A stretch of DNA of 32,000 nt, taken from Planctomycetota bacterium. GTDB taxonomy: Bacteria; Planctomycetota; UBA8742; UBA2392. The stretch covers positions 4,397 through 36,396 of the forward strand of contig JAGQRI010000109.1 of assembly GCA_020425515.1 (NCBI GenBank), in the 5' to 3' direction. How positions within the stretch are numbered: position 1 is the first letter of the stretch; the number at the start of each line of letters is the position of its first letter. The position numbers were made by a program, and so were the translations under genes. Positions 17,573 to 23,844 of this stretch are shown piece by piece. Below the pieces are notes generated by a model that searched no databases, was not told the DNA's origin, and was given only the letters and a program-made list of their open reading frames with translations.

Positions 17573-17599
17573 TGAACCCACCCAACACTGGAAACGTAA
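17573..17599 (+). promoter_or_regulatory. Second ECF-type promoter candidate, in the sigma/anti-sigma gap
   Basis: TGAAC (17573-17577), a 17-nt spacer, then CGTAA (17595-17599). It lies 25 nt upstream of the anti-sigma ATG. Confidence 0.35.
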
Positions 17600-17623
17600 A
17601 GGCTGAAAGATCGGCCCTTTAGC

Positions 17624-19528
17624 ATGAATCAGGAACGCGCAGAATTGCTCATCAATCGCGCCGTCGACGGGATTGCCACCCGCGACGAGCGCGAACAGTT
17701 GGCCCGCGCCATGCGCGCCGACCCGTTGCTGCGTTCCGAATTCGAAGAACTGCAGACCGTTCATGCCTCCACGGAAAGCCTGTTCCGTCAGCTCTCACTG
17801 CCTGAGGATTTCTCGAAGCGCGTGATGCGCCGCGTGCAGGGCGCGGACGTCCCGGCCGACGAAAGCCTGGAAAACGTCCGCCTGCCGTCGCAGCGCCGCA
17901 CCAGCAAGATCCCGACGCCCGTGACACCGGCCCAGCGCCGCCGCGTCAGGGTGTACGCGATCATTGCGACTGTCAGCGCCGCCGCGGCGGTGATGCTGGC
18001 GATCGGCGTGCTCAGCGGCTTCTTTGCCCGCGCCGGCATCGGCACATCGGGCGCGGAAACGGTCATTCCGAACAACGAAAAAGAAGTGGCTGATGGACGT
18101 CGGGGAGGGCCCGACACGGGAGAGATAAACCGCACCGTCTCTCCCACCCATCAGCCACTTGCAAACTCAGGCGACGGCAGCGCGAACAAAACCGACGGCG
18201 CCGACCCCAAGGTCGAGCAGCCGAAGGTGACGCCGCCCGCGCCGCAACAGCCCAAGGGCTCTGAAGACGTCCAGCCCAACGATGAACCGCAGCCGGAAGA
18301 CGTCGTCAAAAAGCCCGAAGGCGAACAGCCCGGACCGGTCGTGCCAAAGCCCGAACCCGAGAAACCGGAAGGCGGGGGGCTGATCGACAACGGCAAGCCG
18401 GACACCGGCGAAGTAAAGCCCGAGCCGGAACAGAAGCCCGAAGGCATCGTCGAAACCGAGCCGAAAAAGGAAAACGCCACGCAAGTCACGCCGGCGCCCG
18501 AGCGCACGAAGCTCGGCAAGGTGGCCGGCATCCTTTCGGGCCGCGTCGAGGTCTCAACCGACAACGAAAACTGGACCCGCCTCAGCGAGAGCCAGGAGAT
18601 TCGCCAGGGCGACCACATCCGCACCAGCCAGGGCGGCAACGCGCTGCTGCTGCTTGATTCAGGCAGCGTGACGCTCGGCCACGACACGCAGGTGGCGATC
18701 AGCAACGCGAGTTCGGTTGCGCTGGAAGACGGCATCGTCTCGCTTGACCGCGACTCGAACCACACCGGCGACCTGGACGTGGTGGTCGATGACTACACCG
18801 TGCACGTCAGCTTCGGTTGCGCGCTCATTGAGCGCAAGCGCCGCGGGCTCAGCGTGGCCAAGTCGGTCGGCTTTGCCAGCCTCAGCCACGACGAGTTCGG
18901 CAGCGTATTGCTGGACACCGACTCGGGCTACGAGATCGAGGCCGAGTTCGGCAAGGTTGCCGACGAAGCCCGCAAGAAGATCTTCAAGCTGCCCGACTGG
19001 TCGAGCGAAGCCCGCAGCCAGATCGTGATGATGAACCTGGATTCCACTCTCACGACCCGCGAATTCGGCGTACGCGAGCGCAGCTACGTCACCTCACGTA
19101 TGCCGGGCGGAGTCGAGAAGCTGGTCGCACTGCCGACCACGACCGAGTCCGTAAGCGCGTTCCTGAAAGACGTCATCAACAACGACAAGCTGAACGGCGC
19201 GGCGATCATCAAGGTGCTCGGCGAAGTCCAGCTTGCCTACAACGAAGTCACCGAGCTCGAACCGGACGTGATCAACGGGCACGCGGGGCGCGCGGCGCTG
19301 GTCGCCAAGGACTACGACCAGTGGCGCGAGTACTTCTGGCGCCTGATGCGCCCGCCCGTCGAGCCCAAGAAACAGCCGACGAGCACCACCACCGAAACGG
19401 AATGCCCGAACGCCAACAAGGACAAGCTCAAGCGGGTGGATAACCCGCCGCGCAAGCCGATCGTGAAGAAGGTACCGGTTCCGACTCCTGACAAGTCTGA
19501 AGAAGAAGAACCATCGAACAAGAACTGA
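17624..19528 (+). CDS. Transmembrane anti-sigma factor with Pro/Glu/Lys-rich spacer, FecR-like domain and large uncharacterised C-terminal region
   Basis: It sits next to the ECF sigma gene. The helical N-terminus has no HxxxCxxC zinc motif. The TM helix is VYAIIATVSAAAAVMLAIGVLSGFFA. About 100 aa of PEPEKPEG/KPEPEQKPEG-type repeats follow. The FecR-like segment reads GRVEVSTDNENWTRLSESQEIRQGDHIRTSQGGNALLLLDSGSVTLGHDTQV. Confidence 0.8.
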   Translation: MNQERAELLINRAVDGIATRDEREQLARAMRADPLLRSEFEELQTVHASTESLFRQLSLPEDFSKRVMRRVQGADVPADESLENVRLPSQRRTSKIPTPVTPAQRRRVRVYAIIATVSAAAAVMLAIGVLSGFFARAGIGTSGAETVIPNNEKEVADGRRGGPDTGEINRTVSPTHQPLANSGDGSANKTDGADPKVEQPKVTPPAPQQPKGSEDVQPNDEPQPEDVVKKPEGEQPGPVVPKPEPEKPEGGGLIDNGKPDTGEVKPEPEQKPEGIVETEPKKENATQVTPAPERTKLGKVAGILSGRVEVSTDNENWTRLSESQEIRQGDHIRTSQGGNALLLLDSGSVTLGHDTQVAISNASSVALEDGIVSLDRDSNHTGDLDVVVDDYTVHVSFGCALIERKRRGLSVAKSVGFASLSHDEFGSVLLDTDSGYEIEAEFGKVADEARKKIFKLPDWSSEARSQIVMMNLDSTLTTREFGVRERSYVTSRMPGGVEKLVALPTTTESVSAFLKDVINNDKLNGAAIIKVLGEVQLAYNEVTELEPDVINGHAGRAALVAKDYDQWREYFWRLMRPPVEPKKQPTSTTTETECPNANKDKLKRVDNPPRKPIVKKVPVPTPDKSEEEEPSNKN

Positions 19529-19576
19529 TGCGCGGCCTCTGGCTGTAGCCCCTCCGCAGCCGCCGTACCCCTTGAG

Positions 19577-19609
19577 GAAGAGCCGGTCCAAGGACCGGCT
19601 CTTTGATTT
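19577..19609 (+). terminator. Rho-independent terminator between convergent genes
   Basis: AAGAGCCGGTCC-aa-GGACCGGCTCTT is a perfect 12-nt palindrome, followed by TGATTTT on the plus strand. Confidence 0.8.
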
Positions 19610-19624
19610 TGCCGCGAATACCCG

Positions 19625-22168
19625 CTAGTCCTGCTCGTCCTTCGCCTTCTGCAGCCATTGGCGAATGTGCTCACGGATCGCTTCGTAGGGCGGGTCACGG
19701 TCCAGCGCCGTTTCGAACTTCTTCTCGGCCAGGTCGTACTTTTCCCGCAGGAACGCCAGCCGCCCCTCATAGTAGGCCGTCTCAAACGACTTCGGGTTCA
19801 GGTTCACCAGCGTGCGCACGGCAACGCTTGCCTGTTCCAGGTCTTCATCGTCCACGTAGCCGCGTGCGAAGTCGCACTGGTCGCGGAAGGCCTTCAGGTC
19901 CTCGTACTCTTCGCCGTGCGGGTCGCGCGGCAGGAACATCTTCTTGATCGGACGCATGCTGACGGCAGCACCCGGCCCGGCCGCCAGCGCACGGGCCACG
20001 GGCACGTAAACGTATTCGCCGTAGGTGTGAGGTGCAGCGGACACCCACATCTCGCCGGTCGTCACGTTGATGATCACGGAATGGCAGCAGATGCCCGCGT
20101 CGATGGCGTTGCGGTTGCCGAGCCCGAGTTCCTTGTCGCCGCGCCCCTTGCGGTCGCGCAGGATGCTCAGCGCCACGTCACGGTCGATCTTGCCGTAGTT
20201 GCGATCCGTCAGCTCTTCCAGCCTTTGCCAGCGGTACGTCGTGGTCGCGCGTTCGACCTGCTCGATGTTGACGGGGTCGTCCTTCAGCGGCTCGGTCAAC
20301 ATGTGGTTGGTCTGCAGGATCAGCCCCGGTTTACCGGCCTCGCGCATGGCGCAGTGGTCGGGTGATTTCTCGATCACGACCGCCTTGCCGTCTTTGCGGC
20401 TGGCGACGAGGTAGGTGTCGCTGACGAACACCGGCGTGTCCTGGATGATCTTGTAGGCCTCGTCAATGTCGTGGGCCCGTTCCAGCACGCGCCGCACCAG
20501 CATCGAAACCGGTGTGCCGATGCGCCCGAACTCGGTCTCCGAAGTGCGGGCCGCGTTCACGTGGATGCTGACGCCCTCCGCGTTCATGCCGGTCACCGCG
20601 CCGGCCATGCCCGCCCAGGCCACGTGCACGTAGGCGATGCCGTCGTCAGGCCAGACGTAGATGACGGCCTTGTCCTGGTCGAATACGTCGCCGGCCTCGA
20701 AATCGAAGTTGCGCCCGACGATGATCTGGCCGTCCTTGCTGGCGTCGCCCCAGGCCGCGAAGCCGGTACAGCCGACGAAGTCGCTGGTGGTGACCAGTGG
20801 GTTGTCGATGAACATGTGGCTGATGTCGTGCGCCGCGTGGTAGTTGAGAATGCGGTGGTAAAGCGGCGCTTCGTCGGGGTAGTGATTTTCGCTGCCCTCG
20901 GTGAGCCCCAGGATTTCCAGCTTTTCGGCGTCGCTGACGTACTCCGGCAGGTTGCGGTTGTTGATCGCGACCATCTGCTTGGCCGCCCAGTAGCTGAAGT
21001 CGTTCGGCAGGAACTCACGTACCTTGGCCACCAGCAGCTTCTCTTGCTCGGCGGTCAGTTCGCGCGTGAGGCGGGCGTTGGCGTAGCCGCGCTCCCAGCG
21101 GTTGCCGGTCAGCCCCAGTTCGTGAATCCCGTCGTGGTCGCGCCGCCAGCTTTCGCCCAGCAGCTGGATTTCCATGTCGCCCATCGAGCGCGAGGTGATC
21201 TCCTCCTTGGCCAGCGCGCGGCTGCCGTCGTAGGTCGGCGGCTCGGCGATGCACCAGTTTTTGACGTACACCGAAACACTGACCAGCAACGCAATGAACA
21301 TCGCGACCGCAAACATCGCCAGGCGCGTCACCCAGCCCTGGATGCGCGGGTAGCTCGGCTTGCGTTTGGCGGCCCGCAGGTCGGCCAGTTCCTCCTTCAT
21401 GCGCGCCTGCACGCGCTGCTTCAGGTCGGCGGCGTCCTTGGGGTCTTTCAGCCCTTCCGTGCTGAACGGCTCGAGCACCTTGATCAGCGTGTCCGGGTGG
21501 TGCACCAGCGGGCTGCCCTTGCGCACGCAGGCGCCCGTGCCCTCCATGATCACCGGCACCACCGGCACCTGGGCGTCCACGGCCAGCACGAAGGCGCCGT
21601 TCTTGAAGCGGCGGATGCGCCCGTCCGGGCTGCGCGAACCCTCCGGGAACACCAGGATGCTGACGCCGTCCTTCAGCCAGTTGAGCGCCGTGTCGTAGCC
21701 GCGCGGCCGGTCGGCATCGGCTTCCTCGTTCGCTTCCTCGACCTTGATGTGCCGGGCCAGCTTGTTCAGCTCGCCCATCAGGGGATACTTGAACGGCCAG
21801 CCCTTGATCATCCAGCGCGCGTTCACGGGCAGCATCAGCGCCATCAGGATGTCTAGCGTCGACTGGTGGTTGCACACGATCACGCACGGTTTCGGGAACG
21901 CGCCGCGGCGCACGTTGACGTGGCGTTGCTGGCCAAATGGGAACAGGCGGAAGAACCAGCGGGCGATGCGCTTCTGCCCGACATAGAAAGCGTCGCCGCG
22001 ATGCCTGCAGAAGAACCGATCCGCGATCCAGTACGGCAACTCGAGCACGAACAGGAAGAAGGCGAGTTGCGTGCCCAGCAGGGCATACGCGCAGATGCTG
22101 CGCAGGACGTTCATCACCGGGTTCGACGGCGGCGGGTATTTGAATTCCGGTTCGGCGCTGTCCGCCAT
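19625..22168 (-). CDS. Fusion protein: lysophospholipid (PlsC/ApeD-like) acyltransferase, TM helix, peptidase-C45 / acyl-CoA:6-APA-acyltransferase-like Ntn-hydrolase domain, TPR-like C-terminus
   Basis: 847 aa from an ATG start. The acyltransferase motifs are NHQSTLD (HX4D, H101-D106) and FPEGSRS. TM helices lie at about aa 24-46 and 283-302. The Ntn-type context is VGC(467)TGFAAWG...IVGRNFDF...AWAGMAGAVTGMNAEGV. The C-terminal helical repeats read FETAYYEGRLAFLREKYDLAEKKFETALDRDP. Confidence 0.8.
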   Translation of the reverse strand: MADSAEPEFKYPPPSNPVMNVLRSICAYALLGTQLAFFLFVLELPYWIADRFFCRHRGDAFYVGQKRIARWFFRLFPFGQQRHVNVRRGAFPKPCVIVCNHQSTLDILMALMLPVNARWMIKGWPFKYPLMGELNKLARHIKVEEANEEADADRPRGYDTALNWLKDGVSILVFPEGSRSPDGRIRRFKNGAFVLAVDAQVPVVPVIMEGTGACVRKGSPLVHHPDTLIKVLEPFSTEGLKDPKDAADLKQRVQARMKEELADLRAAKRKPSYPRIQGWVTRLAMFAVAMFIALLVSVSVYVKNWCIAEPPTYDGSRALAKEEITSRSMGDMEIQLLGESWRRDHDGIHELGLTGNRWERGYANARLTRELTAEQEKLLVAKVREFLPNDFSYWAAKQMVAINNRNLPEYVSDAEKLEILGLTEGSENHYPDEAPLYHRILNYHAAHDISHMFIDNPLVTTSDFVGCTGFAAWGDASKDGQIIVGRNFDFEAGDVFDQDKAVIYVWPDDGIAYVHVAWAGMAGAVTGMNAEGVSIHVNAARTSETEFGRIGTPVSMLVRRVLERAHDIDEAYKIIQDTPVFVSDTYLVASRKDGKAVVIEKSPDHCAMREAGKPGLILQTNHMLTEPLKDDPVNIEQVERATTTYRWQRLEELTDRNYGKIDRDVALSILRDRKGRGDKELGLGNRNAIDAGICCHSVIINVTTGEMWVSAAPHTYGEYVYVPVARALAAGPGAAVSMRPIKKMFLPRDPHGEEYEDLKAFRDQCDFARGYVDDEDLEQASVAVRTLVNLNPKSFETAYYEGRLAFLREKYDLAEKKFETALDRDPPYEAIREHIRQWLQKAKDEQD

Positions 22169-22276
22169 TTCAGCCCTTTGTACCCACTTGCGTAATCACC
22201 CGTTGCGCGCGCAGAATAGGTTTATTCAGGGGTCGCTCGAGTACCAGTATCCGCGTCAAGGCGCGGCAGTATAAAT

Positions 22277-22519
22277 ATGACGACGGACAGCATCCGCAAG
22301 CAAGTCGATCAAATCGTCGCCGATGAGTTTGAACTCGACGCGGCCGCCATCACCCCGGGCAGCGACCTCTACGACGACCTCGGGCTCGACAGCCTTGACG
22401 CCATCGACCTTGTCGTGGCGCTTGAAAAGAACTTCGGCTTCAAGGTCGAGGAAGGCGCCGCCCGCAAGATCCGCAAACTGGAGCAGCTCTACGAGTTTGT
22501 CCAGGAGCGTGTTTCGTAG
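22277..22519 (+). CDS. Acyl carrier protein
   Basis: 80 aa. The phosphopantetheine-attachment motif is DDLGLDSLDAIDLV. It is monocistronic, sits divergent from the acyltransferase fusion, and is followed by hairpins. Confidence 0.9.
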   Translation: MTTDSIRKQVDQIVADEFELDAAAITPGSDLYDDLGLDSLDAIDLVVALEKNFGFKVEEGAARKIRKLEQLYEFVQERVS

Positions 22520-22541
22520 GGGCGGCCCCGTGTGGCCGCCC
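22520..22541 (+). terminator. Hairpin after ACP gene
   Basis: GGGCGGCC-ccgtgt-GGCCGCCC starts directly after the stop codon. The downstream U-tract is weak. Confidence 0.35.
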
Positions 22542-22559
22542 GTCCTTGCGTGATTCATC

Positions 22560-22581
22560 GGGTCGCCACGTGGCGCGACCC
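22560..22581 (-). terminator. Hairpin directly after the dehydratase stop (minus strand)
   Basis: GGGTCGC...GCGACCC arms flank an inner GCCACGTGGC palindrome. There is no U-tract. Confidence 0.3.
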
Positions 22582-22938
22582 CTACGCTACCCTCAGCGTG
22601 AATTCCGCCACGTCCTTGTCGCCTTCGCGGATCTGGGCCTTGACCTTGGTGCGCCCTTCCTCTGCCTCTTCCAGCGTCAGCGCCAGCGTGAGTTCGCGCC
22701 CCGGGCCGGTCGGGTTCATGAACTTGGCGCGGCTGACTTCAGCCAACTTCACTTCGCGTCCGAGCACGCGCCCGGCGAAGTGCACCGCCGCCGCCACCTG
22801 CACCACGGCCGGCAGCACCGGGCCGTCCGGGAAGTGCCCCTTGAAAAACAGTTCCTCGCCGCTGAAGCGCATGCGCGCACGCCCGGCCTCGCCGTCGAAT
22901 TCGAGTGTCGCGGCCTGCAGGTCGTCGGCGAGGCTCAT
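22582..22938 (-). CDS. Hot-dog fold 3-hydroxyacyl-ACP dehydratase (FabZ/ApeI/ApeP-like)
   Basis: Track ORF is 22582..23184. I prefer ATG 22938 (MSLADDLQAATLEF...), which overlaps the upstream stop as ATGA. It carries the FFKGHFPDGPVLPAV motif containing the catalytic His. Confidence 0.8.
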   Translation of the reverse strand: MSLADDLQAATLEFDGEAGRARMRFSGEELFFKGHFPDGPVLPAVVQVAAAVHFAGRVLGREVKLAEVSRAKFMNPTGPGRELTLALTLEEAEEGRTKVKAQIREGDKDVAEFTLRVA

Positions 22939-23738
22939 CCGTCTTCCTCGGTTTCGAAGACTTTGTCGGGCCACGGCTTGTCGCGGGGCGTGAGTTCCGA
23001 GATGTCGATCGTCAGCTTGTACGGCGGGCCGTCTGATTGGACGCCCGCCTCGCGCAACACGATCACGGAAGGCAGCTCCAACCCGCCAAAATCCTTCCAC
23101 TCGTACTGGTTCACCCGGTACAGGTCGCGGCCGGACTGACGCAGGGCAAACCAGTCCACCCGTGGCGGATCGCCCACCAGCCATGCGACGAGATCGCCGC
23201 TGTGCCCGTGCAGAGTGGCGCGGGTGCCGTCATCCCGCGCACTGACGCTGACGGACTGGCTCCAGTTGACGGGAGGCTGAGAATCATCGGCCGACTGGTA
23301 GTAGTCCAGGAAGGTACGCGCGATATCGCGGGCGATGTTGTCCAGGATCTTCGCGTCGAACTCGTCGGCCGCGAAGACCCGGTTCAACTTGCCCCGGTCG
23401 TAGGCGATGTCGAACAGCTTCAAGCCTTGCTCGGTCATTCCCTGCAGGCGGAATCTGCCCGGCCGCTGCACCACGAGGTAGCCGACAAGCGTACGCGTCT
23501 GCACCCGGAAATCGATCGTTACGGTTTGCACGCACTTGAACTGTTGCGGCCAGCGGTTTTCGAAAACCGTGTCCGCGGCCTGGCTGCTCAAGGCGGGCGT
23601 CCGCGCAGGCTTCAGACGCTTGTAAGGGTCCGTCTCGGCGCAGGCCGACAATACCGCCAGGGTCACAACGAAGCCAATCAACACGGCAGTGCGGCGCGGA
23701 AGCACCGACCCAACGGCGGTTGATCTGTGTCGGCGCAT
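22935..23738 (-). CDS. Lipoprotein, ApeN(DUF3261)- or LolA-like by position (fold unverified)
   Basis: Track ORF is 22935..23855. I prefer ATG 23738, giving MRRHRSTAVGSVLPRRTAVLIGFVVTLAVLSAC with the lipobox LSAC. It lies immediately downstream of the MMPL exporter, as in ape clusters. Confidence 0.7.
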   Translation of the reverse strand: MRRHRSTAVGSVLPRRTAVLIGFVVTLAVLSACAETDPYKRLKPARTPALSSQAADTVFENRWPQQFKCVQTVTIDFRVQTRTLVGYLVVQRPGRFRLQGMTEQGLKLFDIAYDRGKLNRVFAADEFDAKILDNIARDIARTFLDYYQSADDSQPPVNWSQSVSVSARDDGTRATLHGHSGDLVAWLVGDPPRVDWFALRQSGRDLYRVNQYEWKDFGGLELPSVIVLREAGVQSDGPPYKLTIDISELTPRDKPWPDKVFETEEDG

Positions 23739-23768
23739 CCGCGCCTCGGCAATACCGATACCGGCATT

Positions 23769-23793
23769 CCCCCGGCAGCCAAGCTGCCGGGGG
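23769..23793 (-). promoter_or_regulatory. Strong intercistronic hairpin between the MMPL and lipoprotein genes
   Basis: CCCCCGGCAG-ccaag-CTGCCGGGGG is a perfect 10-bp GC-rich stem. A second small hairpin, TGCGCG-ctc-CGCGCA, lies at 23805-23821. Confidence 0.5.
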
Positions 23794-23844
23794 CTAATGC
23801 TGTTTGCGCGCTCCGCGCGCACGACGCCGTATTTTGAGTTGCGT

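Noticed and set aside
20471-21856. 461-aa plus-strand ORF and 21015..21887 (290 aa, minus strand, other frame) inside the acyltransferase fusion gene
   Set aside because: Alternative-frame or antisense ORFs with Arg/Gly/Ala bias. The 847-aa frame carries HX4D, EGSRS and Ntn motifs.
22262-22276. TATAAA immediately before the ACP ATG as a -10 box or leaderless start
   Set aside because: It ends 1 nt from the ATG, so transcription would initiate inside the coding region. This is probably just AT-rich translation-initiation context.
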